Shown one piece after another: positions 9,201 to 17,995 of a stretch of 64,000 nucleotides of DNA. How positions within the stretch are numbered: position 1 is the first letter of the stretch; each line of letters begins with the position of its first letter. This stretch comes from an uncultured Erysipelotrichaceae bacterium. Lineage in GTDB: Bacteria > Bacillota_I > Bacilli_A > RF39 > UBA660. Below the pieces are notes generated by a model that had not been told where the DNA came from, made no database searches, and saw nothing but the letters and a program-made list of their open reading frames with translations. Location: the NCBI GenBank assembly GCA_902793375.1, contig CADBDE010000001.1, positions 75,209 to 139,208 of the forward strand, given 5' to 3'. The position numbers and the translations under genes are program-made.

Positions 9201-12200
9201 GTAATCGTAAGTAATGCTGCAATTACACGTACTGTAACATTTAATGATGGTACAAATGTTACTTCTATTCAAGTAGAAAATGGACAAAAAATTAGTGCTC
9301 AACAAATGCCAGCTGATCCAATAAAGACAGGATATATCTTTAAAGGATGGTTTATGGAAGGAACAGTAGTTCAAATTACTACGGACTTTCCTATATATCA
9401 AGACATGACGGTTGTTCCAAAATGGAAAGAAGACGTTACAGCTGCAACAATTACTCCAAGTACGATTACTATTCTTAAAGGAACAACACAACAGATCAAT
9501 ATAAGCGCTTCTGTTTCAGGAGAAACATTTGAGGATGTAGAGTATTCATCAACTAATCCAAGTATTGCTTCAGTAAGTAATAGTGGATTAGTAACAGGTG
9601 TAGCTGAAGGTACTACAACTATAACTATCACAGGAAAAGAATCTCATGTACCTGTAAGTATACCTGTAACAGTAAATGTAATCTATCATACAGTTACTTT
9701 TGATAAGAAAGATGGTTCTCAAAATCCAACAAGTTCAATATCAGTAGAACATGGAACTAAAATATTAAGTCAAATGCCTAATAATCCTAGTAGAACAGGA
9801 TACTTATTTGTTGGATGGTATGAAAAAGATGATTTATCTAAACAAGTAACAAGTGATACTCAAATAGATGATAATTTAGAAGTAGTTGCTGTATGGAAGG
9901 AAAATGTTCAAACTGTTACAGTTACTCCAAATCCAATTGTATTAATTGTTGGATCAACACAACAAATATCAATATCTGCAACTGAGCAAGGTGGAACATT
10001 TGAATTACCAATTTTCTCATCAAATGCTCCAGGTATAATAACTGTAAGTTCTAGTGGATTGATTAATGCAGTAGGAGTAGGAAATACAACAATAACGATG
10101 ACTGGTGATGAATCACATCTAACAAGAACAATTAATGTAACAGTTAATCCGCTTCCAACACACTATACAGTTACTTTCGATACTAAAGGTGGAAGTACGA
10201 TAAATTCAGAAACTGTTACTGCAGGTGGTACTTTAGGAAGTCAAATGCCATCTGATCCAACAAGAACAAATAGCGTTTTTGCTGGATGGTATAATCAAGA
10301 CTATACACAATCATATGATGAAAATACTGTTATTAACAATGATATGACATTCTATGCTAAGTGGACTCCAAGTGCTGCTGCAGTTTGTGAAATGGATGGA
10401 GAATATTATGACACTATTCAAAAGGCAGTAAATGCTGCTCCTAATAATACTCAAAAGACTATTAATTTAATAAAAGATGTTACAAGTGATATTTCAGTAG
10501 CCAATAGTAAAGTAATTAATATTCCAGATACTAAAAATATAATCTTTGATTTACATAACTATTCAATTGATTATGTTGCTGGAAAAAAAGTACATGTTAT
10601 GTATGTAGATGGAATAGCTGAAGTAAGAAATGGAACTATTACATCGAATAGTGGTGCTACTATTACTACTGGTGGATCAGCAGCCATTCAGGTTTCTGGT
10701 AAGGGTACATTTACTATGAATAGTGGTTCAATTGAAGCAACAGGAGATAGACAAGCAGTAAATAATGAAGGTGGAACAGTATATATTGGAGGAACAGCAA
10801 GCTTTACTGCTAACACAAACGGACAATATAACAATGTTGAAAGAGCTCCTGTTCAAAACACATCTGGTACTATGATTATAACTGGTGGAACAATTACTAA
10901 TACTCTTGGAGTAGCAATTTCTATGGGTTCAGGAACGCTAACAATTGGAGAAGCTGATGGAACAATTGATACTACTAGTATTGTAGCTCAAGGATCTACA
11001 TATGGATTGTGGATTAAGTCTGGAGCAAGTGTTACAGTTAATGACGGAATGTTTAAAGGAAAAACAAAAGGTATAAATGAAACTTCTAGAACAACTCATC
11101 CAGCTAATGCAGATTATGATACAGATGATACAGAACAAATTGGTAGTGATACATATAAATTAACTTATCTATATTCAACAGTAACACCAACTATTTATAC
11201 TATTACACTAAATCCAGGTGATGGAAGTGTAACTCCAACTTCTGTTACAGTAAATGCAGGAGAGGCTGTTGATAACTTACCAACGCCAACTAATGGAACA
11301 TATACATTTGATGGATGGTACACGCAAAATACTGGTGGTACTTTAGTTGTAGAAGGGGTAACAATTCCAACAGAAAGTACAACATACTATGCAAGATGGA
11401 GTAGTCCAACAACTTATACTATTACACTAAATCCAGGCGATGGAAGTGTAACTCCTACTTCTGTTTCAGTAACAGCAGGACAACCAGTTGATAATTTACC
11501 AACTCCAACTAATGGAATATATACATTCGATGGATGGTATACTGAAGAAACTGGAGGTACTTTAGTTGTAGAAGGGGTAACAATTCCAACAGGAAGTACA
11601 ACATACTATGCAAGATGGAGTTATGTATCAAGTACACAAGTAAAAACATTTAATACTATAAATCCAGCAATTGATTATTATCAAGCTCATATTGCATCAT
11701 GGAAAAATAGTTCAAGTAACTTCCCAACGTGGTCTGATCAAAATAAAGCTAGCAATAATTTTGCTTTAGATGCTACTGAAAATACAGTAATGTTACAAAA
11801 TTTCTATGATAATAATTGCGAATGTACTACAGATGATGTTCAATGTAAGTTGGGTGGCAATGTTCAATGTGATAAACCAGTTGGATATGATATAGGTGAT
11901 GATATACCATTAAATGTTTACCTATATGATGAGGTAAATGAAACTCATGAAGCACAACCAGTAACATATGCAAAAGCAACAAATGGTGTTATTTATAACT
12001 TAATACCAAACCAAGCATATTATTGGGAAAATGCAAATGATACAACTATGTACGGTGTTGTAAAATATACTGGAACTAGAAGAATCTTAAATACAGGAGA
12101 TGTTAGAAATACTCGTGATTTAGGAGGATTACCAGTTGATACTGATGGCGATGGAACAAATGATGGTTATATCAAATATGGTAGATTATTTAGAGGTATT

Positions 12201-12779
12201 AAACTTAAAACTTCGTCAAGTGTTACAGAATTAACTAATTTAGGAATTGATTCAGAACTTGATTTAAGAGAATCAGAAGATTCTAATAAGATATCAAGAT
12301 TTAGAAGAATAGAAGCTCAAAACTATTATGTTAATCCGTTTACTACAACTAACCCAGCTCATACTCCTGATGCAAACGAAACAAATTATTATAATATGAC
12401 TAGAGCTGCAGTAAAATATGCTATGCAAGAAATAGTAGCTAATAAGAACCTATATTTCCACTGCCGTATTGGAACAGATAGAACTGGTACAGTTGCATAC
12501 GTTCTAGAAGGACTTTTAGGTGTTCCTGAAGAAGACCGTGTTCAAGATTATGAATTATCATTCTTCTATGGATTAGTTAGAATTCATAGATATCATGATC
12601 AAAAACCAGGATCTAGCGTTGGAACTGGACACGAAAGATTTGTTTATATGCATGATTTTATGCCAAGTAATACTGATATTTATAATTGGTATATGTTTGG
12701 AGCAGCAAATCAAGCTGAACAAGCTGAAGATGAAGCTTTAATAACTGCATTTAGAAGTGCTATGATAGAAAGTTATTAA
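6294..12779 (+). CDS. 2161-aa secreted multidomain adhesin: SipW-type leader, 9 InlB-B (Listeria-Bacteroides) repeats, CLec-like domain, 2 beta-helix regions, 3 Big_2 Ig domains, C-terminal tyrosine/phosphoinositide phosphatase
   Basis: KTYS|IYK leader; repeats VTF..P.PT..GY.F.GWY..LYAKW; Big_2 SS.PSVATV..G.V.G..G.T.ITI; GG-rich beta-helix after YY.TL..A motifs; NTRDLGG, GRLFRG, DLR, HCRIGTDRTG, DYELS. Confidence 0.85.
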   Translation: MENKKIIKNILLLLIIFFSFFAVLKTPNKTYSIYKEELDTTINLTIVSGEDVLVSFDSRGGSSVPSRYVTPGNAVGTLPIPTKTGSNFAGWYDSNNQRVRHTTIITGTTELHAVWTDIVCRLVNDSNNLHTETCASSGGCNTAGITVGSTITYGTIGDGNPEAGDAYNCDVDYDGVYDSKESDNKTFIERFYFVREKANSGSENSAVMYYSTSFDSNGRDNRTQNASDINSIDYLTALSYLPSSTLWDNPSLIDLDGNGSVSRFLTVEDLESIYGTIVTNNTNYLKPGSKWFWYENTRFQSNSLGRSGIWLEINNNEYIRIHAHSFYINKPDTGSASENMARPVIEIPMSSLEGYYDEDRFTISFNTFEGDANTPESIKKYRGEVIGTLPTPTRQNHEFLGWYTDSNYEFVADPTALVSGNITLYAKWEADAGIQVTLELDGGTISGVTSPIILESGDTIDNLPNPVKPGMTFLGWYTDDEFDNEFDPSVPITANMTLYAKWELGNYVARIDNDYYETLAEAIEHVPTTNTKTRVTILKDITLTSTIIIASTKNVELDGQSYTIDSSSCNLFENSGTLDIINGTLIDTYNGPSKPNVGYVILNKSGATLNISKGTITYNNTEASEAKAVQNNGGTVNMTGGRIECNSQASAINVENAGVINVSGGEIVATGTKKAQGIYLANTASANISGDAYISNVSGNDSRAAVDNAGSGTLTITGGTIISVNFYAVNNRSTGVTKIGINDSNGNVIDTTTPVLKGNTYAINRSGGTLYVYDGVYKGKTGASNGTITKPTGVDFVQNGTESSHKVYYLANSSGGPYTVTFDPDNGDSTSQVTNLQLFDTVNTSMPANPTRTNYIFEKWFVYKVVDNEVIYDGEFTSTTPITDNITVKAKWKPGIKTATISPATISIDTNETETIIVTGPADMESYTFSSIDPSVATVDSNGVVQGITSGSTIISITGTDTGDTLAIPVIVSNAAITRTVTFNDGTNVTSIQVENGQKISAQQMPADPIKTGYIFKGWFMEGTVVQITTDFPIYQDMTVVPKWKEDVTAATITPSTITILKGTTQQINISASVSGETFEDVEYSSTNPSIASVSNSGLVTGVAEGTTTITITGKESHVPVSIPVTVNVIYHTVTFDKKDGSQNPTSSISVEHGTKILSQMPNNPSRTGYLFVGWYEKDDLSKQVTSDTQIDDNLEVVAVWKENVQTVTVTPNPIVLIVGSTQQISISATEQGGTFELPIFSSNAPGIITVSSSGLINAVGVGNTTITMTGDESHLTRTINVTVNPLPTHYTVTFDTKGGSTINSETVTAGGTLGSQMPSDPTRTNSVFAGWYNQDYTQSYDENTVINNDMTFYAKWTPSAAAVCEMDGEYYDTIQKAVNAAPNNTQKTINLIKDVTSDISVANSKVINIPDTKNIIFDLHNYSIDYVAGKKVHVMYVDGIAEVRNGTITSNSGATITTGGSAAIQVSGKGTFTMNSGSIEATGDRQAVNNEGGTVYIGGTASFTANTNGQYNNVERAPVQNTSGTMIITGGTITNTLGVAISMGSGTLTIGEADGTIDTTSIVAQGSTYGLWIKSGASVTVNDGMFKGKTKGINETSRTTHPANADYDTDDTEQIGSDTYKLTYLYSTVTPTIYTITLNPGDGSVTPTSVTVNAGEAVDNLPTPTNGTYTFDGWYTQNTGGTLVVEGVTIPTESTTYYARWSSPTTYTITLNPGDGSVTPTSVSVTAGQPVDNLPTPTNGIYTFDGWYTEETGGTLVVEGVTIPTGSTTYYARWSYVSSTQVKTFNTINPAIDYYQAHIASWKNSSSNFPTWSDQNKASNNFALDATENTVMLQNFYDNNCECTTDDVQCKLGGNVQCDKPVGYDIGDDIPLNVYLYDEVNETHEAQPVTYAKATNGVIYNLIPNQAYYWENANDTTMYGVVKYTGTRRILNTGDVRNTRDLGGLPVDTDGDGTNDGYIKYGRLFRGIKLKTSSSVTELTNLGIDSELDLRESEDSNKISRFRRIEAQNYYVNPFTTTNPAHTPDANETNYYNMTRAAVKYAMQEIVANKNLYFHCRIGTDRTGTVAYVLEGLLGVPEEDRVQDYELSFFYGLVRIHRYHDQKPGSSVGTGHERFVYMHDFMPSNTDIYNWYMFGAANQAEQAEDEALITAFRSAMIESY
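11196..11621 (+). repeat. Near-identical tandem duplication (219-nt period) of one InlB-B repeat
   Basis: TATACTATTACACTAAATCCAGG...TACTATGCAAGATGGAGT at 11196-11402 and 11415-11621. Confidence 0.95.
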
Positions 12780-12787
12780 ATACTATT

Positions 12788-12815
12788 AAAGAAGAGAAAA
12801 ATCTCTTCTTTTTTT
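12788..12815 (+). terminator. Rho-independent terminator closing the SipW operon
   Basis: AAAGAAGAGA-AAAA-TCTCTTCTTT plus T-run. Confidence 0.85.
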
Positions 12816-12837
12816 ATAAAGTTTTTGCATAAAATTG

Positions 12838-12866
12838 TAGACAAAATCAATCTTTTTTGATATTAT
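12838..12866 (+). promoter_or_regulatory. Sigma-A promoter of rpsF-ssb-rpsR
   Basis: TAGACA-N17-TATTAT with extended -10 TG. Confidence 0.7.
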
Positions 12867-12886
12867 ACTTACGAGTATTTTTAATA

Positions 12887-12926
12887 CTCCTTGCTAGTTT
12901 ACTAGCCAGTAGTCCAAAAGGAGGTG
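12887..12926 (+). promoter_or_regulatory. S6:S18 ribosomal protein leader RNA
   Basis: CTCCTT pairs with the SD AAGGAG; inner hairpin GCTAGT/ACTAGC; TAGTCCAAAAGGAGGTG as in Bacillus rpsF leaders. Confidence 0.75.
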
Positions 12927-12933
12927 TAAGAAG

Positions 12934-13221
12934 ATGAAATACGAATTAATCTTCATAGTAAAACCTGATTTAGAAGAATCTCTAATTAATGGTGTTAATG
13001 AATCAATTAAAAAATCACTAACAGAGATGAAAGCTAAAATTGTTGAAGAAAAAGCTTGGGGACAAAAAGAACTTGCTTATGAAATCAACAAATATAAAAC
13101 AGGATACTATTTTTATTTCTTAGTAGAAGATAAAGATGCTAAGGCAGTTAAAGAATTTGACCGTGTTGCATTAATCAATGAAAATATTATTCGTCATATA
13201 GTTGTTAAAGTTGAGGAATAA
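12934..13221 (+). CDS. rpsF: 30S ribosomal protein S6
   Basis: MKYELIFIVKPDL, WGQKELAYEI, GYY, IIRH. Confidence 0.97.
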   Translation: MKYELIFIVKPDLEESLINGVNESIKKSLTEMKAKIVEEKAWGQKELAYEINKYKTGYYFYFLVEDKDAKAVKEFDRVALINENIIRHIVVKVEE

Positions 13222-13238
13222 GAAAGAGGAATTAAGAT

Positions 13239-13718
13239 ATGAATAAAGTATGTTTAGTTGGTCGTCTTACAAAAGACCCAACATGTGAGTATGTAAATAC
13301 AAATAATGGAAGTGTAGCTCGTGCAAGATTTACTATTGCTGTAGACCGTGGATTTGGTTCTAATAACCAAGATGGAAACAACAATAGAACTGCTGATTTT
13401 ATTAGTGTCGTAGCTTGGAGAAAACAAGCTGAAAACATTACTAAATTCCAGAAAAAGGGAAATCAAATTGCAGTAGACGGAAGAATACAAGTAGATAATT
13501 ATACAAACAAAGATGGAAACCAAGTATGGACAACATATGTTGTTGCAGATAATATCCAATTCTTGGATAAAAAAGGAGACACTCCATCAAATTCTAATTT
13601 TGATGATTCATCTGTTACTCCAAGTGATTTTTCAAGTGACTCAGATAATGGAGGAGCTAGTGTTTGGGATGCGGGATCTAATATAGAAATTGATCCAGAT
13701 GAGTTACCATTCTATTAG
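13239..13718 (+). CDS. ssb: Single-stranded DNA-binding protein
   Basis: [22 protein letters not shown]-terminal DELPF; rpsF-ssb-rpsR synteny. Confidence 0.97.
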   Translation: MNKVCLVGRLTKDPTCEYVNTNNGSVARARFTIAVDRGFGSNNQDGNNNRTADFISVVAWRKQAENITKFQKKGNQIAVDGRIQVDNYTNKDGNQVWTTYVVADNIQFLDKKGDTPSNSNFDDSSVTPSDFSSDSDNGGASVWDAGSNIEIDPDELPFY

Positions 13719-13735
13719 GAAGGGAGATAAATAAA

Positions 13736-13951
13736 ATGGCAGAATTTTTTAGGAAAAAGAAAAAAGTATGTTATATGTGTGCTGGGAATGATGTAGATTA
13801 TAAAGATGTTGAAACATTAAAAAAATTTGTTAACGAAAGAGGTAAAATATTACCAAGACGTGTTACAGGAAATTGTGCTAAACATCAAAGACATATTGCT
13901 AGTGAAGTAAAAGTTGCAAGACAAATTGCATTATTACCATACGCAAAATAA
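13736..13951 (+). CDS. rpsR: 30S ribosomal protein S18 (zinc-binding C+ form)
   Basis: [31 protein letters not shown]. Confidence 0.97.
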   Translation: MAEFFRKKKKVCYMCAGNDVDYKDVETLKKFVNERGKILPRRVTGNCAKHQRHIASEVKVARQIALLPYAK

Positions 13952-13965
13952 TTACATTGTAAATT

Positions 13966-14000
13966 AAGTGTAAACATTAACAAATGTTTACACTTTTTTT
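13966..14000 (+). terminator. Rho-independent terminator
   Basis: AAGTGTAAACATT-AACA-AATGTTTACACTT plus T-run. Confidence 0.85.
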
Positions 14001-14057
14001 ATTTTATTTCTTTACATTTGGTGTTATCATATACTTGGAATAGAAGGTGGTAATGAA

Positions 14058-14369
14058 TTGGCAGAACTTCAAAATAAAAAACCGCGAAAAGCAAGAAAAA
14101 AAGTATTGCGTTTCATCTTTTTTGGTGTAATTAGTTTTTCTTTCATTATCTACTTCTTTAGCATTGTTTTAGATATTACGGGTCAAATTAGTGGAAAATA
14201 TAAAGAAAAAGAAGAACTTAATAATGAATTGAATCAGTTAAAAGAACAAGAAGAGGAATTATCTACTGATGTTCAAAAATTGCAAGACCCTGAGTATGTT
14301 GCAAGATATTTAAGAGAAAAGTATTATTATTCAAAATCTGATGAATTTATTATTAAACTACCAAATTAA
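14058..14369 (+). CDS. divIC: Septum formation initiator DivIC/FtsB family
   Basis: Basic N-terminus, TM, coiled coil, LQDPEYVARYLREKY; upstream of tilS-ftsH. Confidence 0.85.
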   Translation: MAELQNKKPRKARKKVLRFIFFGVISFSFIIYFFSIVLDITGQISGKYKEKEELNNELNQLKEQEEELSTDVQKLQDPEYVARYLREKYYYSKSDEFIIKLPN

Positions 14370-14372
14370 AAT

Positions 14373-14398
14373 AAAGAAGTATTTTTACTTCTTTTTTT
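14373..14398 (+). terminator. Rho-independent terminator
   Basis: AAAGAAGTA-TTTT-TACTTCTTT plus T-run. Confidence 0.6.
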
Positions 14399-14447
14399 CT
14401 TGATTATATTATTATTTTTTAATAAAATATATAGGAGTGGTGGAAAT

Positions 14448-15773
14448 ATGGATACAGTATTAGATTATTTAGTAAATTCAATTAAAATAAGTAATAATGA
14501 TATCATTGTAATAGGTAATTCTGGAGGACCTGATTCAATGTTTCTTTTAACTGCTCTTTTGAAGTTAAGAGAAAAATATAATCTAAAACTTGTTTGTGCT
14601 CATGTTAATCATAATGTAAGAGAAGAAAGTGATTCAGAACAAGTATTTTTATTAAATTATTGTAATGATCACAATATTGTTTTTGAAACAATGAAAATAG
14701 AAAACTATGGTGATGATAATTTCCATAATCAAGCAAGAAATATAAGATATAATTTCTTTGAAGATCTTGTAAAAAAATATGATGCAAAATACTTAATGAC
14801 AGCTCATCATGGAGATGATCTAATAGAAACAATTCTTATGAGAATAGTTAGAGGATCTACTCTTAAGGGTTATAGTGGTTTTGATAAAGTTGTGGATAAT
14901 GGATTTTACAAAGTAGTTAGACCTCTAATCTTTTTAACTAAAGATTATATTAAGGAATATGATGATAAAAATGGAATACCTTATGTAATAGATAAATCTA
15001 ATTTTAAAGAAAAATATACTAGAAATAGATATAGACTTAAAATATTACCTTTTCTAAAAGAAGAAGATAAAAACGTTCATGAAAAATTCTTAAAATATAG
15101 TGAAACGCTCGAAGAATATGATAGATTTATTAATAATGAAATAAAAAAGACAATTAATAAAGTATATAAAGATAATATAATTGATATTAATAAATATATG
15201 GAATTAGATAGATTATTACAAAGAAAAATAGTAGAATATATTTTAGAGGATATATATAAAGAAGATTTGATGATTATTAATGATAAACATGTGAATTTAA
15301 TTATAGATTTAATATATTCAAAAAAGTCAAATTCATCTATATGTTTACCTCATAATATTGAAGTAAGTAAAAATTATAATAATATTTCATTTTCAAAGGA
15401 AGTTAAGGAAGTAATAGATTATAATATAGAACTAACAAATGTTACTAAGTTACCTAATAATCATATTCTTAAAATAGTAAATGAAGAAGAAAGTAACAAT
15501 AATTATGTTTGTAGGATCGACTGTGATGAAATTAAATTACCACTTTATGTTAGAACTAGAAAACTTGGAGATAAAATGAATTTAAAGAAGATAAATGGTT
15601 CTAAAAAAATTAAAGATATATTTATAGATTGTAAAGTATCAATAAACGAAAGAGATAAATGGCCTATAGTGGTTGATTCTGAAGATAGGATAATATGGAT
15701 TCCTGGAATAAAGAAATCTAAATATACTAAACTAAAAAGCGAAAAGTATGATATAATAATTAAATATGAGTGA
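14448..15773 (+). CDS. tilS: tRNA(Ile)-lysidine synthase
   Basis: SGGPDSM PP-loop, HVNH, TAHHGDD..ET, RPL, RNRYR; ATG 14448 after AGGAGTGG. Confidence 0.95.
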   Translation: MDTVLDYLVNSIKISNNDIIVIGNSGGPDSMFLLTALLKLREKYNLKLVCAHVNHNVREESDSEQVFLLNYCNDHNIVFETMKIENYGDDNFHNQARNIRYNFFEDLVKKYDAKYLMTAHHGDDLIETILMRIVRGSTLKGYSGFDKVVDNGFYKVVRPLIFLTKDYIKEYDDKNGIPYVIDKSNFKEKYTRNRYRLKILPFLKEEDKNVHEKFLKYSETLEEYDRFINNEIKKTINKVYKDNIIDINKYMELDRLLQRKIVEYILEDIYKEDLMIINDKHVNLIIDLIYSKKSNSSICLPHNIEVSKNYNNISFSKEVKEVIDYNIELTNVTKLPNNHILKIVNEEESNNNYVCRIDCDEIKLPLYVRTRKLGDKMNLKKINGSKKIKDIFIDCKVSINERDKWPIVVDSEDRIIWIPGIKKSKYTKLKSEKYDIIIKYE

Positions 15774-15783
15774 GGAGGCTTTT

Positions 15784-17751
15784 ATGAAGAAAAAAAATGT
15801 TAAAAAAGGAATGTTACCTTATGTAATATTATTATTTGTAATAATATTTGTTGCATATATCGTTGCGTTTGGTAATAATAAAGTTAATGATTTAACATAT
15901 GATAAATTATTAGCAGAAATTAAAGAAGAAAATGTAACTGAACTAGTAATTACACCACATTCTAGTGAAGGAACATATATAATAACTGGAAAATTAAAAG
16001 GATATGAAGAAAAAGAAACATTTAAAACAACAACACCACTTACTGATTCAATTGTAAATCAAATTGTTTCGTCAAATCCTAGTATTGATTATAAATTAGA
16101 TACTGATTCTGATCCAGGATCTAGTCCTTTATTGTTTATTTTAGTTAATATTCTTCCAATTGTATTAATTGTTGGAATTGGATATTGGTTTATTTCTAAA
16201 CAAGTTGGAGCAGCTGGAAAATCAATGGAATTTGGTAAGAGTAAAGCCAAATTAAATACTGAAAAAAATAAAACAACATTCAAAGATGTAGCTGGTTTAA
16301 AGGAAGAAAAAGAAGAAGTTAAAGAGTTAATTGACTTCTTAAAGAATCCAAAAAGATTTCAAAAATTAGGTGCAAGAATTCCTAAGGGAGTTTTATTAGT
16401 AGGACCTCCAGGAACAGGTAAAACATTACTTGCAAAGGCTGTTGCAGGAGAAGCGAACGTTCCATTCTACTATATAAGTGGATCAGATTTCGTTGAATTG
16501 TTTGTAGGTGTTGGTGCAAGTCGTGTAAGAGATATGTTCAAAGAAGCAAAACATAATGCACCATGTTTAATTTTTATTGATGAAATAGATGCTGTTGGAA
16601 GACAAAGAGGAACTGGTTTAGGTGGAGGACATGATGAAAGAGAGCAAACTCTAAACCAATTACTAACTGAAATGGATGGATTTGGAGCTAATGAAGGAAT
16701 AATTATTATTGCAGCTACAAACCGTGCAGATGTTCTTGATCCAGCTCTATTAAGACCAGGAAGATTTGATAGACAAGTAATAGTTAACTTGCCTGATATA
16801 AAAGGAAGAGAAGAAATACTTGAAGTACATTCAAAGAACAAGATTTTAGCACCTAGCGTATCTCTTAAGAATCTTGCAAAAAGAACTCCAGGCTTTTCTG
16901 GAGCAGACCTTGAAAACTTAATGAATGAAGCAGCGCTTTTAGCAGTTCGTGGTAATAAAGAGCAAATTACTATGAAAGAAATAGATGAAGCTACTGATAG
17001 AGTTATGATGGGACCTGCTAAGAAGAGTAAAAAATATACTGAAAATGAAAGAAGACTTGTTGCATTCCATGAAGCAGGTCATGCTGTAATAGGATTAAAA
17101 TTAAGTAATGCAAGTGAAGTTCAAAAGGTAACTATCATACCAAGAGGAAACGCTGGTGGATATAACTTAATGGTTCCTAAAGAGGAAAAATATACAGCTA
17201 CAAAAACAGAATTACTTGAACAAATTACAGGATTACTTGGTGGTAGAGTATCTGAAGAATTAACATTTGGTGAAATATCAACAGGAGCTCATAACGATTT
17301 TGAAAAAGCAACTAAGATTGCAAGAGCAATGGTTACAGAATATGGAATGAGTGACTTAGGACCTGTTCAATTAGAACAACAAGAAGGTGGAGTATTCTTA
17401 GGAAGGGATTATGGAAAAACTCGTAATTTCTCTAATGAAGTTGCTCATGAAATAGATCTTGAAATGAGAAAGATTATTGATGAGTGTTATGGTAAAGCTA
17501 AAGAAATACTAAAAGATAATGAAGATTTAGTTAAACTAATAGCAGAAACACTTCTTGAATACGAGACTTTAACAAAAGAACAAATAGAATATCTAGTTGC
17601 ACATGGAAGAATGCCTGAAGATGAAAAAGAAATTCAAGAAGAAGAAAAAGAATTAAATGAAGAGAAAAAGGAATCTACAAAAAAAACTAGAGCAAAAAAA
17701 CATGAAGAAGATGTAGAAGAAAAAGAAAATAATGAAAATGAAGAGAATTAA
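15784..17751 (+). CDS. ftsH: ATP-dependent zinc metalloprotease FtsH
   Basis: Two TM helices, [18 protein letters not shown], second region of homology (SRH), HEAGH; RBS GAGGAGG before ATG 15784. Confidence 0.98.
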   Translation: MKKKNVKKGMLPYVILLFVIIFVAYIVAFGNNKVNDLTYDKLLAEIKEENVTELVITPHSSEGTYIITGKLKGYEEKETFKTTTPLTDSIVNQIVSSNPSIDYKLDTDSDPGSSPLLFILVNILPIVLIVGIGYWFISKQVGAAGKSMEFGKSKAKLNTEKNKTTFKDVAGLKEEKEEVKELIDFLKNPKRFQKLGARIPKGVLLVGPPGTGKTLLAKAVAGEANVPFYYISGSDFVELFVGVGASRVRDMFKEAKHNAPCLIFIDEIDAVGRQRGTGLGGGHDEREQTLNQLLTEMDGFGANEGIIIIAATNRADVLDPALLRPGRFDRQVIVNLPDIKGREEILEVHSKNKILAPSVSLKNLAKRTPGFSGADLENLMNEAALLAVRGNKEQITMKEIDEATDRVMMGPAKKSKKYTENERRLVAFHEAGHAVIGLKLSNASEVQKVTIIPRGNAGGYNLMVPKEEKYTATKTELLEQITGLLGGRVSEELTFGEISTGAHNDFEKATKIARAMVTEYGMSDLGPVQLEQQEGGVFLGRDYGKTRNFSNEVAHEIDLEMRKIIDECYGKAKEILKDNEDLVKLIAETLLEYETLTKEQIEYLVAHGRMPEDEKEIQEEEKELNEEKKESTKKTRAKKHEEDVEEKENNENEEN

Positions 17752-17771
17752 GTATTAACTTAATTCTTTTT
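17744..17771 (+). terminator. Rho-independent terminator after ftsH
   Basis: AGAATTAAGT-ATTA-ACTTAATTCT plus T-run. Confidence 0.75.
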
Positions 17772-17944
17772 ATATATTAGAATTATAAAATAAAAGAGTT
17801 GAGTAATATATTATGGAAGAAAAAATGTAGAAGAACAAGAAAAAAATAATAGTACTCCAATAGAATAAAAAGATGATAAATTATCAATAATATCTAATGA
17901 TAATATGAAGTTAACTAAAGTTATATTTAACATAAAATAAATAT

Positions 17945-17971
17945 AGAATGTACAAAAGTACATTCTTTTTT
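17945..17971 (+). terminator. Second terminator-like hairpin before dusB
   Basis: AGAATGTAC-AAAA-GTACATTCT plus TTTTT. Confidence 0.6.
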
Positions 17972-17995
17972 GTTATAATAAATTTGGTGATTTTC

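Noticed and set aside
12100..12779. Phosphatase as a PTP-like phytase of the Selenomonas PhyA type
   Set aside because: The P-loop has GxDRTG and an upstream N.RDLGG motif, matching the MptpB/IphP family rather than HCxxGxGRT phytases. Phytate activity is not excluded, but that family call was rejected.
2936..12779. Sortase-assembled pilus operon
   Set aside because: No sortase, LPxTG or YPKN pilin motifs; the processing enzyme present is SipW.
14891..14899. Perfect DnaA box TGTGGATAA inside tilS
   Set aside because: A single isolated occurrence, compatible with chance (Val-Asp-Asn codons).
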